Source of the DNA: Candidatus Poribacteria bacterium
GTDB taxonomy: Bacteria; Poribacteria; WGA-4E; WGA-3G
Length of the DNA stretch: 64,000 nucleotides
Reading direction: 5' to 3'
Assembly: GCA_965197475.1 (NCBI GenBank)
Contig: CBDANF010000003.1
Coordinates: 416,001 to 480,000, forward strand
Part shown: positions 28,789 to 39,329 of the stretch, piece after piece
Layout: every line of letters begins with the position of its first letter
Numbering within the stretch: the first letter of the stretch is position 1
The notes under the pieces: model-generated
What the model was told of the DNA's origin: nothing
The model's input: the letters and a program-made list of their open reading frames with translations, nothing else
The model's database searches: none
Position numbers and translations under genes: made by a program

Positions 28789-29493
28789 TCAATTTTCATC
28801 TAAAAACGCGACCACCTTTTGCATATCTTCCCAGACATCGCGCTTGGCATTTGGGTTTCGGAGCAGATATGCTGGATGATAGGTCGGCATAATGACAGGA
28901 TTATTTTCACGCTGTTCAGCAAGTGCATAGGGATGCATACGCCCGCGAAGTGCGGAAATGCTCATATTCGTATCAAGCAACATCTTACCTGCGAAACTAC
29001 CGAGCGCGACAATCACCTTCGGCTGGATCAGTTCTATTTGGCGTATTAGGTAGGGGCTACATGTTTCAACTTCATCCGGGGCAGGATTTCTGTTGCCAGG
29101 GGGACGGCATTTAAGCACGTTTGCGATGTAGACATCGTTTCGCGTTAACTGCATCGCTTCAATAATTTTTGTCAGTAATTGCCCCGCTCTGCCAACGAAA
29201 GGTTCACCTTGGCGATCTTCATCGGCACCCGGGGCTTCACCAACAAACATCAGATCGGCATTCGGGTTTCCTACACCGAAAACGACGGTATTTCGCCCCT
29301 CATGTAATCCACATTTGGTACAACTTTGCGCATCAGCATCTAAGGTAGATAAATCTAAGTTTGCGAATTCAGATTCTGGCTCGGATTCCTTTAATTCTGC
29401 TTCAAAAAAACCGAGTTCAAGTTGTTCTTCCACGTATTCCCTCACAGTCGCAACAAGTTGTAGATATTCCTCTCTAAGGTCATTTTTATCCAT
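28789..29493 (-). CDS. udg: Uracil-DNA glycosylase family 4
   Basis: CTKCGL, GEAPGADED, NVLKCRPP.NR.P, TYHPAYLLR. Confidence 0.93.
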   Translation of the reverse strand: MDKNDLREEYLQLVATVREYVEEQLELGFFEAELKESEPESEFANLDLSTLDADAQSCTKCGLHEGRNTVVFGVGNPNADLMFVGEAPGADEDRQGEPFVGRAGQLLTKIIEAMQLTRNDVYIANVLKCRPPGNRNPAPDEVETCSPYLIRQIELIQPKVIVALGSFAGKMLLDTNMSISALRGRMHPYALAEQRENNPVIMPTYHPAYLLRNPNAKRDVWEDMQKVVAFLDEN

Positions 29494-29515
29494 ACACTTT
29501 CCTTGCAGATCTGTG

Positions 29516-31228
29516 TCAGTTGCGTAGTTTATCAAATAGTGTTAGACTGTCAAACCAAGTGATATATAAAAATAGTGCGATGATAAGGACCACACTAACC
29601 TGTTGAACAATTTCCTGTGCTTTACGTGGCACCGGACGTCCTCGGATTTTCTCCACAGCAAAAAATAGTAGATGGCCTCCATCAGCAATGGGGATCGGTA
29701 ACAAATTAACGATAGCGAGATTAATACTGATAAAACCGATGAAAAAAAGTACAGTGGCTAAACCAACACTTGCAAACATACGACTCGTAACATCAAGAAT
29801 GCCAAGGGGACCAGTGAGAAATTTCGGGGACACTTCTCCACCGATCAGTTGTTTCAATGTTCGAGTGATAGATGTACAAGTAAGCCAAGTGGTCTCAACC
29901 CCTTTGCCGAATGCTGTGAAAACGTTATATTTAGGTAACGGAGGACCATCTATTTTCATTCCACTCAGATAAGTCGCCCATCTAATGCCAAAAAATGTAC
30001 CTTCTTCATCCTTTTTGGATCTTTTTGCGGGGGAAATTGTAAACGTTTTTTCTGTTCCATCTCGAAGAAAACCAAGTGTTATAGGGGTGTCCGCCACCTT
30101 TTCCAGTTCTGTGTAGAGCGATGTGCTATCTACAGATGTTCCGTTGATGCTAACCAGAACATCTTTGTTCTTAATCCCTGCCTTTGCTGCAGTACTTTTC
30201 TTTTGGACAAAGGTTTTTATCTGCCAAGTGACAGGCAAATCAAATGTAAGTTTTTCAAATGTATCTTTCTCAACACGCCTGCGAATACCAAGTTCAAGAG
30301 TATCTTGTTTCTGATTAATATGGTTGTAATATGCTTGGTATTCTGGACGACCACGCCAGTCTCTTTGAGGATCTATTTCAGGATGCCAAATCCCTGGATT
30401 GAATACGGGAACGGTATGCAATTTTTGTCCATCAATGGTTTCTATCTGATCTCCAACCATTATCCCCGCCTGTGCTGCCAAACCGCCTTCAACAACGCCG
30501 GAAACGAAAACATTACTACTACCGATTACCTTAATCTTGCCGTAGCTTCCCCTTGGCGGATTTGGGACTGCGTCTGGCACTACGGTGAGTGTTTTCAAAT
30601 CACCATCCCGCTGCACAACGAGTTCCAACTCCTTATCAGGATTCATGAATATTTTCGTTTGAAAAACAACAAAGTTTGTGATACGGTCGCCATTTATTGA
30701 AACAATTGTATCACCGGGCATCAAACCACCGACAGCAGCGGGACCCTCATCAGCAAGCATACCTATTTGAACAACCTCCTGTTTTTCGCCAAAAGATTGT
30801 CCTGTCAACCGACTGATTAACCCTGCGGAATCGGCATCAAGACCAACAGTGAAGATAAACCAAAAGGCAAGTATACCGAACAAGAGATTCACAGCGGGAC
30901 CTGCGATGACAACAAACGCACGATTACCCAGTGAAGCACTCGCAAATTCTCCCTCAGCACCTGTCTGTTCACTCGGGTTTTCACCCTCCATTTGTACGTA
31001 CCCGCCAAATGGCAACAGAGAGAGTTTGTATTCTGTATCTCCCCGTTGAAATCCAACAATTTTTGGACCAAAACCGAGTGAAAAGGAATTTACCTTAATC
31101 CCTGCCCGCTTTGCAGCGAGAAAATGACCAAGTTCATGAATAAAAATAAGAAAACCGAGCGGAATAATTGCAATAAGTACCGCTTTGATGCCCGGAATAA
31201 TTGCGAGAATTGGTCCAAGAAAATCCAT
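29516..31228 (-). CDS. rseP: RIP metalloprotease RseP
   Basis: HELGH, FSLGFGP, LPFGGYV, AGPAVN, NLLPIPIADGG, and three PDZ-like segments. Confidence 0.94.
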   Translation of the reverse strand: MDFLGPILAIIPGIKAVLIAIIPLGFLIFIHELGHFLAAKRAGIKVNSFSLGFGPKIVGFQRGDTEYKLSLLPFGGYVQMEGENPSEQTGAEGEFASASLGNRAFVVIAGPAVNLLFGILAFWFIFTVGLDADSAGLISRLTGQSFGEKQEVVQIGMLADEGPAAVGGLMPGDTIVSINGDRITNFVVFQTKIFMNPDKELELVVQRDGDLKTLTVVPDAVPNPPRGSYGKIKVIGSSNVFVSGVVEGGLAAQAGIMVGDQIETIDGQKLHTVPVFNPGIWHPEIDPQRDWRGRPEYQAYYNHINQKQDTLELGIRRRVEKDTFEKLTFDLPVTWQIKTFVQKKSTAAKAGIKNKDVLVSINGTSVDSTSLYTELEKVADTPITLGFLRDGTEKTFTISPAKRSKKDEEGTFFGIRWATYLSGMKIDGPPLPKYNVFTAFGKGVETTWLTCTSITRTLKQLIGGEVSPKFLTGPLGILDVTSRMFASVGLATVLFFIGFISINLAIVNLLPIPIADGGHLLFFAVEKIRGRPVPRKAQEIVQQVSVVLIIALFLYITWFDSLTLFDKLRN

Positions 31229-31293
31229 TGTTCTCTCCTATTTTATGATTGCAAGATTAGGGAATTTCTGTGTATATTTAATAGAACGTTGAT

Positions 31294-32460
31294 CTATCGT
31301 TTTGTGTTAATGATTGAACGGGTAGTTGATTTTGCCCATTGGTCAACTTCAAGGACATCCTCAAGTGAAGGATCGGTAATCACATCATGTCTGTCCATTA
31401 CGCATTGCAAAATTGCAGGAATATCCATAAATCCGATCCGTTCATTAAGAAAAGCATCTACCACAACTTCATCTGCACTACTAAGGACAACAGGAAGTGT
31501 GCCTCCAACTTCTGCAGCAGTATACGCAAGTGAGATACAGGGAAACTTTTCTTTGTCAACCGGTTCAAAATGCAGCGTGCAAGGTTCTCGCAAATCTAAC
31601 CGTGTGATGGGTGTTGATAATCTTTTAGGATATGTCAAAGCATACTGAATCATAATTCGCATATCCGTGGGCCCTAACTGAGCAAGCGTTGAGCCATCTG
31701 TCCATTCAACCATTGAATGGATGATACTTTCTCGGTGTACAACAATGTCAATCTTTTCAAGTTCAATATCAAACAACCACTTGGCTTCAATAACTTCTAA
31801 CCCTTTGTTCATCATGGTAGCGGAATCAATCGTAATTTTTGCTCCCATATCCCAATTGGGATGCCGAAGTGCTTGTTGAGGCGTTACTGTGTAGAGTTCC
31901 TCTTTCCGCATATCCCGAAACGGCCCGCCTGAGGCAGTTAATAACAGCCGATGTATGTCAGCTTGTCGATCTCGTGCCCCCTCTAAGCATTGAAAGATTG
32001 CACTCATCTCGCCATCTATAGGTATTAAGTTTACCCCATTTTTTCGGACAGCGTCCATCACTATCGGACCGCACATTACCATCACCTCTTTATTTACGAA
32101 GGCGATGTCTTTCCCCGCATTGATAGCAGAGAGAGTAGGTAGCAAACCCGCGCTTCCTCCCATTCCGTCTAAGACCTGTTCCGCTTCTTGGATAGTCGCT
32201 ACGGCTTGAATTCCTTCAGCACCAGATAGGATTTCAGTGCTGTTGAGATCCCGGAGACGCTTGCGCAGAAGAGTTGCTGCTGCTGGTTCATTGAGTGCTG
32301 CCAACCGTGGGCGAAACTGGCGGACTTGATGTTCAAGCGTGTCAACGTCCCTGTTTGCAGCGAGTGCGACAACCTTAAATTCCTCCCTATGTGTTTCAAC
32401 AACGTCGAGAGCGTTTTTTCCAATGGAACCGGTACTACCCAAAATGGCGATGTGCTTCAT
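31294..32460 (-). CDS. dxr: 1-deoxy-D-xylulose 5-phosphate reductoisomerase
   Basis: ILGSTGSIG, TASGGPFR, HPNWDMGAKITIDSATMMNKGLEVIEA. Confidence 0.96.
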   Translation of the reverse strand: MKHIAILGSTGSIGKNALDVVETHREEFKVVALAANRDVDTLEHQVRQFRPRLAALNEPAAATLLRKRLRDLNSTEILSGAEGIQAVATIQEAEQVLDGMGGSAGLLPTLSAINAGKDIAFVNKEVMVMCGPIVMDAVRKNGVNLIPIDGEMSAIFQCLEGARDRQADIHRLLLTASGGPFRDMRKEELYTVTPQQALRHPNWDMGAKITIDSATMMNKGLEVIEAKWLFDIELEKIDIVVHRESIIHSMVEWTDGSTLAQLGPTDMRIMIQYALTYPKRLSTPITRLDLREPCTLHFEPVDKEKFPCISLAYTAAEVGGTLPVVLSSADEVVVDAFLNERIGFMDIPAILQCVMDRHDVITDPSLEDVLEVDQWAKSTTRSIINTKR

Positions 32461-32592
32461 GTGTATTGGCTATGGTGGCAGTGCCGTAGCACTCGCCTTT
32501 TTACTGTAGATACGCATTTTCGTAAACGTTTGTTCACCTTTTACTGTGAAGATAGGTAGTGTGAGCAAACAAATTTTGTCTGTCCGGGGAAT

Positions 32593-33429
32593 TTATTTAA
32601 AAAATCCCGTTAATGCAAGATAATAATAGAGAATAGGCGCGCTAAAAATTAAACTATCACACCTGTCAAGGAAGCCTCCGTGACCCGGTATGAAATCCCC
32701 GGAGTCTTTGACACCAGCAGTGCGTTTCATGAGCGATACGCTTAAATCACCGAGTTGTCCTAAAACACTCAAGAGCAGTCCTATAAATGCGGCGTTTGCC
32801 AAAGAGAGCGTTTCCCGTAAGAGCCATGCGCCAAGCGCAAGACTGATTAAGGTTCCGACGACCAATCCAGCAATAGTGCCTTCAACCGTTTTACGAGGAC
32901 TTATTGGCGTGCTGAGTTTATGTTTACCGACTGCCCTACCGATGAGATACGCACCGGTGTCGCTACACCAAATCGTTCCAATGAGTAAGAAAACAAGGTT
33001 CCTGCCAACATTACCATCTATTTCTCGGAGTAGGATACAGTGGTAACCGAATGCCCATCCGATTGTCAAGATACCTGTAAGTTTTAGAGTGACAGTGAGC
33101 AACTCTCCTGCTATTTCTCCTCGGTATATACTTGACGCGAAGGCATATATAAACACAACGAGGAAGAAACTGAACATCACTAGCGATGTTTTAGCGTTTT
33201 CTATCGGTGTATCCAAGCGAAACGCGAACAAACAGAATCCCACTGTTAGGAGTGTAGGTATAACCGGATTCAATTTTTGGCTGAGGTGTTGCGTTAGCCG
33301 GCAGTACTCAACTTGCATCATCAGGACGGCGGCGGAAATGAGAAGCAAGTAAAGCAAACCGCCAAAATAGATAATCAGCAGGACAAGCGGAACCAGCACA
33401 ACAACACTCAAAGTTCGCCGCCAAAACAT
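32593..33429 (-). CDS. cdsA: Phosphatidate cytidylyltransferase
   Basis: SDTGAY..G, ISPRKTVEG, GDLSVSLMKR..GVKDSG..IPGHGG.LDR.DS. Confidence 0.95.
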   Translation of the reverse strand: MFWRRTLSVVVLVPLVLLIIYFGGLLYLLLISAAVLMMQVEYCRLTQHLSQKLNPVIPTLLTVGFCLFAFRLDTPIENAKTSLVMFSFFLVVFIYAFASSIYRGEIAGELLTVTLKLTGILTIGWAFGYHCILLREIDGNVGRNLVFLLIGTIWCSDTGAYLIGRAVGKHKLSTPISPRKTVEGTIAGLVVGTLISLALGAWLLRETLSLANAAFIGLLLSVLGQLGDLSVSLMKRTAGVKDSGDFIPGHGGFLDRCDSLIFSAPILYYYLALTGFFK

Positions 33430-33431
33430 AA

Positions 33432-34019
33432 TTAGTTCTCTAAAAGTTCAGCTTCTTTGGCATCGGCTAAATCGTTGATTTGGTTAACGTAAGTATCAGT
33501 CAACTTCTGTACTGGATCAGAGTCGCTGCGTGCACCTTTCTTATCGCCGCCTCTACCTTTGCTTCTCCTGCTACCTGAGCCGGTATCGCTACCTTCAAGT
33601 TTACGGATTGCATCGTTTGCATCGCGGCGTATATTCCGAATTGCGACTCTGCCTTCCTCAGCTAACTTTTTTACCAGTTTCGTAAGTTCAAAGCGTCGTT
33701 CGGTCGTCAACTCTGGCACTTGGATACGAATTATGCTTCCATCGTTACTGGTGGCAAGTCCTAAATCAGAAAGTGCAATTGCTTTTTCAATTTCCGTAAT
33801 TAACGACTTGTCCCAAGGTTGGATTATAAGCTGATGCGGTTCAGGTGTGGTGATTGTCCCGACCTGATTTAATGGTGTCTTACTACCGTAGTAGTTGATC
33901 GCAACTTGGTCTAGCAACGCAATAGTGGCACGGCCCGTTTGGACATGTGACAACTTTGTTGCTGTTGATTCGACCGTTTTCTTCATTCGTGATTCAGTAT
34001 TTTGCAGTACTTCTTGCAT
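33432..34019 (-). CDS. frr: Ribosome recycling factor
   Basis: TGRA...LLD, YYGSKTPLNQ, IQPWDK, AIRNIRRDAN, VQKLTD. Confidence 0.95.
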   Translation of the reverse strand: MQEVLQNTESRMKKTVESTATKLSHVQTGRATIALLDQVAINYYGSKTPLNQVGTITTPEPHQLIIQPWDKSLITEIEKAIALSDLGLATSNDGSIIRIQVPELTTERRFELTKLVKKLAEEGRVAIRNIRRDANDAIRKLEGSDTGSGSRRSKGRGGDKKGARSDSDPVQKLTDTYVNQINDLADAKEAELLEN

Positions 34020-34083
34020 CTGAATTCCCTATTCCTTTCTGGTTTCGCTGATTCCGATGTAAGGTGTTCTAGCTGTAATTATT

Positions 34084-34677
34084 TTACTGTCCGAGGACAT
34101 AGAGTACAAAACGTTTTACAACGATGTTCTCGCCGAGTTGTGCGATTGCATCCTTAACAAGGTCCCCGATCATTTTATCGGCATCGCGAATATACGGTTG
34201 TTTTAGTAGACATGCTTCCGAATAAAATTTAGAAAGCCGTCCTTCAACAATTTTATCAACAATATGGTCAGGTTTACCCTCTTGTAGTGCTTGAGATTTC
34301 AAAATTGCTTTTTCAGAATCAAGTTCCTCGGCGGGAACCTCATCTTCGCTGACATATCTGGGTTTTGCAGCGGCGACCTGCATAGCGATCTCTGTTGCTA
34401 ATTTTTGAAACTGCTCTGTACGAGCGACAAAGTCAGTTTCGCAATTTAATTCAACTAAAGTGCCGATGCGATTCCCCGGATGGATGTAAGAGATAATGAG
34501 CCCTTCTTCAGTTGCTCGTCCACCCTTTACCTCAGAAGCACGCAAGCCTTGCTCGCGCAATTTCTTAATTGCGGCATCTATATCTCCATCCGTTTCAGCC
34601 AATGCCTTTTTGCAGTCCATAATTCCGGCACCAGTACGCGAACGTAGTTCACTGACCATTTTTGCTGTAATTGCCAT
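34084..34677 (-). CDS. tsf: Elongation factor Ts (short form)
   Basis: LRSRTGAGIMDCKKAL, ELNCETDFVA, EGKPDHIVDKIVEGR. Confidence 0.97.
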   Translation of the reverse strand: MAITAKMVSELRSRTGAGIMDCKKALAETDGDIDAAIKKLREQGLRASEVKGGRATEEGLIISYIHPGNRIGTLVELNCETDFVARTEQFQKLATEIAMQVAAAKPRYVSEDEVPAEELDSEKAILKSQALQEGKPDHIVDKIVEGRLSKFYSEACLLKQPYIRDADKMIGDLVKDAIAQLGENIVVKRFVLYVLGQ

Positions 34678-34838
34678 GTTGCCTCCAATTTAGATTCAAT
34701 TTAGATGCTATGCTTTAAGACTATACAATGCTAAATTTGGTTTTCAAGCACCTTGTTTTGAATTCTAAAGTTAAAGATTTCCAGTTTGAGATTCAGTTGT
34801 TTATAACTATTAATCTGAAAATATTTCTGAGTGTAAAA

Positions 34839-35738
34839 CTACTGTGGGGGTTTTCGTGATCGCCCTGTTCTTCTTTTCGGGCGAGGTTGACGCACTTGTC
34901 GTTGCTCTCCATCACCAATTGTTTCAGGTTCGGCTGAAAGCTGTGTGGCATCTAAAATCTGTGCTGTTTGCTCTTCGTGCCGTTCAACTTCAGCAACTTT
35001 ATCAAGCTGCGTTTCTTCAGTTTGTTTACTTTCTTCCTCAACCTGTTCGCCTTCTAATGCATCACCACGCCCCTCCATAACTGCCTCAGCCAAAACAGCA
35101 CAAATTAACCGGATTGAACGGATAGCATCATCGTTGCCAGGGATCGGCAGGTCAATTGGATCAGGGTCACAGTTCGTATCTACTATCGCGATTATCGGGA
35201 TACCGAGTTTGTTCGCTTCAGCAATAGCCGTGTGTTCTTTGCGAGTATCAGTGACGATAACGACTTCGGGGAGGATAGACATATCTTTGATACCGGTAAG
35301 GTTATTTGACAACTTCCCTTTTTCTCGTCTCAACCGAATGATCTCTTTTTTAGGCCGTTTTTCAAGTTCACCACTTGTTTCTTCAGCCTCAAGTTCTTCT
35401 AACTTGCTGATGCTTTGGCGGATTGTCTGGAAGTTTGTTAACATTCCGCCTAACCAGCGGTGATTGACGTAGTACATGCTACATCGGACCGCTTCCTCAA
35501 GCACAGCTTCCTGAGATTGTCGTTTTGTTCCTACAAAAAGTGCTGCACCACCTTGTGCAGCAATGCCTTGAACAAATTCCACCGCGGTTTCGAGCATTCT
35601 CAATGTCTTCTGCAAATCAATTATGTAAATTCCGTTGCGCTCAGCGAAGATGTACTCTGCCATCTTCGGATTCCAGCGCCGGGTTTGGTGGCCAAAATGA
35701 ACTCCACATTCAAGGAGTTCTTTCATTGTAACTGCCAA
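34839..35738 (-). CDS. rpsB: 30S ribosomal protein S2
   Basis: [45 protein letters not shown] start after GGAGG. Confidence 0.98.
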   Translation of the reverse strand: MAVTMKELLECGVHFGHQTRRWNPKMAEYIFAERNGIYIIDLQKTLRMLETAVEFVQGIAAQGGAALFVGTKRQSQEAVLEEAVRCSMYYVNHRWLGGMLTNFQTIRQSISKLEELEAEETSGELEKRPKKEIIRLRREKGKLSNNLTGIKDMSILPEVVIVTDTRKEHTAIAEANKLGIPIIAIVDTNCDPDPIDLPIPGNDDAIRSIRLICAVLAEAVMEGRGDALEGEQVEEESKQTEETQLDKVAEVERHEEQTAQILDATQLSAEPETIGDGEQRQVRQPRPKRRTGRSRKPPQ

Positions 35739-35744
35739 AAATAA

Positions 35745-35870
35745 CCTCCTGGGTTTACTGGAGTCTCAAGACTCCTTGCTGGGTTTATACGTCCACCTCC
35801 TTCATATTTGCATCAGACTCTCATTCCGAGAGAACCCGCCGTGCAAATCTGGAGGTGTGTATCTCTGGTA
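35745..35870 (-). promoter_or_regulatory. rpsB 5' leader (putative S2 autoregulatory structure)
   Basis: On the minus strand CACACCTCC...GCGGGT...GGAGGTG can pair, followed by AAACCC, as in known rpsB leaders. Confidence 0.5.
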
Positions 35871-35902
35871 ATCTCGTTTGTCCATATAATCAAATTATAT
35901 TA

Positions 35903-35931
35903 ATTATACCATGTTTCCAAAAGGTATGCAA
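35903..35931 (-). promoter_or_regulatory. sigma70 promoter of the rpsB operon
   Basis: TTGCAT-N17-TATAAT with TGn extension. Confidence 0.65.
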
Positions 35932-36002
35932 TTTTTTTTCGGGTTAAGCAGAGCCATTCAATTGTCATGAGCGACTCTTGTGGAGGGCTTTCTAAGCCCG
36001 AT

Positions 36003-36988
36003 GGCTCATGTAAAAAGTAAGTGCTATTTTTTCAAAGTTATGTTAGCGTGTTACCTATGGACTTTCCAATACAATCTCTCCTGGATGAAGAAAAAACTCA
36101 AGCGTGGGTGTTGGATCATTTCCACCTTCAAGGGCTGTGTTGCCCAAAATGCCAAGCGAGCGTGGCGGAGGCACGCAAGTTCCGTCCGACTGAAACAAGT
36201 GGTCTACAAGTGTATCGCTGCAAACACTGTGAGAGCATCTACAACCTCTATACCGGGACGGTCTTTGCTGGCACGCAGTTTCGTCCCTCACAGGTCGTTC
36301 TGCTTTTGCGCGGTGTCTGTCAAGGTGTTTCAAGTGCACAACTCGGGTGTGAACTGGGTCTAAGTCGTCAAACCGTTCTTTCTATAAGACGTAAACTCCA
36401 AACTTCGGCAGAGCAGATACAACCCGAAGCTGCTTTACCTGATGCTGAAGTCGAAACAGATGAGATGTTTCAAAACGCCGGTGAAAAAGGCGATAAGCAC
36501 GTTGATGCTTCGGATCCGCCGCGTCGGCGTGGCAATAAACGCAGGGGACATGGGACTTATGACAATGATCGTCCGCCTATTGTTGGGACGAAAGGTCGCG
36601 AAAGCGGTCTCCTGAGATTACGTGTTGTGCGGCACACCGATTCTGCGACGCTTTCAACACACGTTCATCAGTGGACGTTGCCGACTTCAACGGTGTATAC
36701 GGATGGTTGGCGTGGCTATAACCGTATTCAGCGCGCCCGTGAGATTGTTCTCCATAAGGATGGCGAGTGGGCAAGAGACGCAGACGGTGATGGTCTTTAC
36801 GAGATCCATACAAGGACGATTGAAGGTGCCTGGACGACGCTGCGAAACTTCCTTCGTCCCTTTCGTGGCGTTCATAAAAAGTTCCTCGCCGGTTACGTCG
36901 CAATCTGTGAGTTCGTCATGAATCTAAAAGCTGTCAGTGTTGATTTTATAGCAAAACTCGTCAAAAGCACTTACTCTTGACATGAGCG
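36003..36988 (+). mobile_element. IS1595-family insertion sequence
   Basis: TIRs GGCTCATGTAAAAAGTAAGTGCT / AGCACTTACTCTTGACATGAGCG. No target duplication is visible. Confidence 0.88.
36057..36980 (+). CDS. IS1595 family transposase
   Basis: Zn ribbon CPKC...CKHC, HTH, ETDEMF, VYTDGWRGY, HTRTIEGAW, FRGVHKKFL. Confidence 0.92.
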   Translation: MDFPIQSLLDEEKTQAWVLDHFHLQGLCCPKCQASVAEARKFRPTETSGLQVYRCKHCESIYNLYTGTVFAGTQFRPSQVVLLLRGVCQGVSSAQLGCELGLSRQTVLSIRRKLQTSAEQIQPEAALPDAEVETDEMFQNAGEKGDKHVDASDPPRRRGNKRRGHGTYDNDRPPIVGTKGRESGLLRLRVVRHTDSATLSTHVHQWTLPTSTVYTDGWRGYNRIQRAREIVLHKDGEWARDADGDGLYEIHTRTIEGAWTTLRNFLRPFRGVHKKFLAGYVAICEFVMNLKAVSVDFIAKLVKSTYS

Positions 36989-37003
36989 GAAGAATTTTGA
37001 TAA

Positions 37004-38749
37004 ATATCAGTAGACATTCAGAAAGGTACGTGCATATCGCAAGTAGAAACAAATGGTATTGTATATGGACTAACCTTTTCAGATGATAATCGGTATCTTG
37101 CAGCATCCTATGGATCGTCTGCTATCGTTGAAGTTTGGCATGCAGAAACATGTGAACCGGTTGCACAATACACTTTAGACACCGAAGAAACAAGTTATTA
37201 CTGCCCTGTTAGTTTTTCACCTTGCGCTGAACTGATAGTATCTACAGGTCCGAGTAGCACAGATCAGAATGCAGATGAAATAGTTGTATGGAATGTAAAA
37301 AGTTGTCAAAAGATCGCATCACTTCCCGGGCATACGGATTCGGTCACTACGCTCAGTTTTTCACCGTGTGGAGAGTTCATCGCTTCTGGTGGTGAAGACG
37401 GCACTGTATACGTATGGGATGTGAATACATGGCAAATCGTGCAGTCTTATTCAGATTTTGGCGGTGTGTGTCGTACTATGCCATCTTGGACACCAGATGG
37501 TATACTGTGTGCAACGATTACTATGTATGACGACACTAACCATGCGACTATCTCTGTCCGTGACCTTGAAAGTAACGAACAAATCTATACCGATCAACTA
37601 TGCGGAAGTACCGCGCAATTTTCCGATACGGATGGTTGGGGCAACACCGTCGTATTTTCAAACGGTTCGCAACTTGCTTATGAATGCAGACACGAATTTA
37701 TCAATGTATGGACACCTGAATATCCATATAAGAGACAGTTCACACATTCACCTATTTCGTTTCCTACTTCTACACATTCTCCTGCTGCGTTTCCTACATT
37801 TGCTGTGTTTTCGGATGATGGCAAAACATTAGCAGTAAAACATCATCATGAAGGTGTTGTGTTATGGGATATTGCAAGTAAACGTTCACGTCCTGCAGTT
37901 AAAGTGGAATCAGCAGGTAAAAATCAGTTTTTATATAAAACCGATAGCGGAAAATTCTATGTTGCCAGTATCAAAGATGATAATGTTACGCTCTGGGAAG
38001 CTGATGGGAATGGTATCCCTCTTATTGAAGGAACGGGGCGAGAATACTGGAGTGCTTTTCCTGCATTATCACCAACAGGCAGGTTATTTGCTTATGCTGA
38101 TGCAGATGGAAACCTGAAAGTGTGGGATGTAAACAGTGGGAGTCAACTCTATGAAATGAAACATCCTCTTGAGACAAATGATAACGAGGATGATGAAACA
38201 ATTTGTGATCTGCAATTCAGTTTTGATGGAAAAATACTCGCAAGTGAATCAAATTATCCATTCGCGCATGTCATTTCGTGGGACATGGAACTTGGTGAAG
38301 AGATAGACAATTCTCTAAATGATAATGCTGCTACACGAATCCTTGGAAGACTCGTCTTGAGACATTTGAAACCAAGATCTCGTGAGGTCGTCCATATTTC
38401 TCATGATGGAAAGTATTTAGCTTCCATAGGAAATAACACATATTTGTATGATGTGAAAGAGAATGACTACCTTACTCGGTTGTCTCTACCGCAAGGGTTG
38501 GAAGAAATGTTTTGGGTTGCTGGGTTTTCCATGTGTGGGAAATATTTTGCAGCTGGGACATGGTGGCGAGAAGGCATGGAGAAAATGGTAATCTGTTTAT
38601 GGGAGGTAGAAACCGGCAAACAGATTGTTACATTTAGAGGACATCCAACAGATGTACATGCACTCGCCTTCTCGCCAGACAACAAACTATTAGCTAGTGC
38701 AAGTTATGATGGTACTATCCTGCTTTGGGATCTCACACCTTATCTGTAG
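37004..38749 (+). pseudogene. WD40-repeat protein, 5'-truncated next to IS1595
   Basis: Frame is open from 37004 with WD blades (VYGLTFSDDNRYLAAS, GHTDSVTTLSFSPCGEFIASGGEDG) upstream of the called GTG at 37421. No N-terminal cap. Confidence 0.75.
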
Positions 38750-38848
38750 TTGTTAGTCTTTACAACAGATCAAGTGTCCAAATTAACGACAAGGTTATTT
38801 AGTTTTCGGTTTTTCTGCTATATTTTTCACATTTCTATATAAATTATC

Positions 38849-38959
38849 TGTAGGTCGGGTAGAGCTTGCGAAACCCGACATGAACTAAACGTGTCCAAAT
38901 CAACGCTGAATGCGCGTATGGCATTCAGCGGGTTTCTCTACCGCTCTACCTGACCTACG
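38849..38959. repeat. Inverted pair of GTAG-type REP-like elements
   Basis: TGTAGGTCGGGTAGAGC...GCTCTACCTGACCTACG. A related copy is at 5402-5428. Confidence 0.6.
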
Positions 38960-38992
38960 AAATAAACTATAAATAGATGCGCGAAGGTGGTA

Positions 38993-39104
38993 ATACCAAT
39001 TTTATAAATTATTTTCTCTTTTGAAAAAATGTAAGAGGCGCAATGAATTGCGCGACTACGAACTGTCTATTTTTTTAAGAGAAGTTATTTTTGAGAAATG
39101 GTAT
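38993..39104. mobile_element. MITE-like element (ATACCA ends)
   Basis: ATACCAATTT / AAATGGTAT ends, with internal GTAAGAGGCGCAATGAATTGCGCGACTAC. Confidence 0.6.
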
Positions 39105-39227
39105 AATATGGACAGAATGAAAAAGGAAGATATTTAATTAAAATTCACATTTTTTGGCAATTTATGTCAATCATGCAACCTTACAACCTCAAAATCGCGT
39201 CACTATTAATTGTAGATATATGTTCTT

Positions 39228-39316
39228 ATACCAAATTAACTTGATTCGACATCTTCGGATAAATCGGCATTGCGAGGCACGGGGACCTCGCTCTACAAAT
39301 CAGGTTAATTGGGTAT
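39228..39316. mobile_element. MITE-like element (ATACCAAATTAAC ends)
   Basis: ATACCAAATTAAC / GTTAATTGGGTAT. Same family as 55168-55258. Confidence 0.65.
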
Positions 39317-39329
39317 TACGAGGTTTCTG

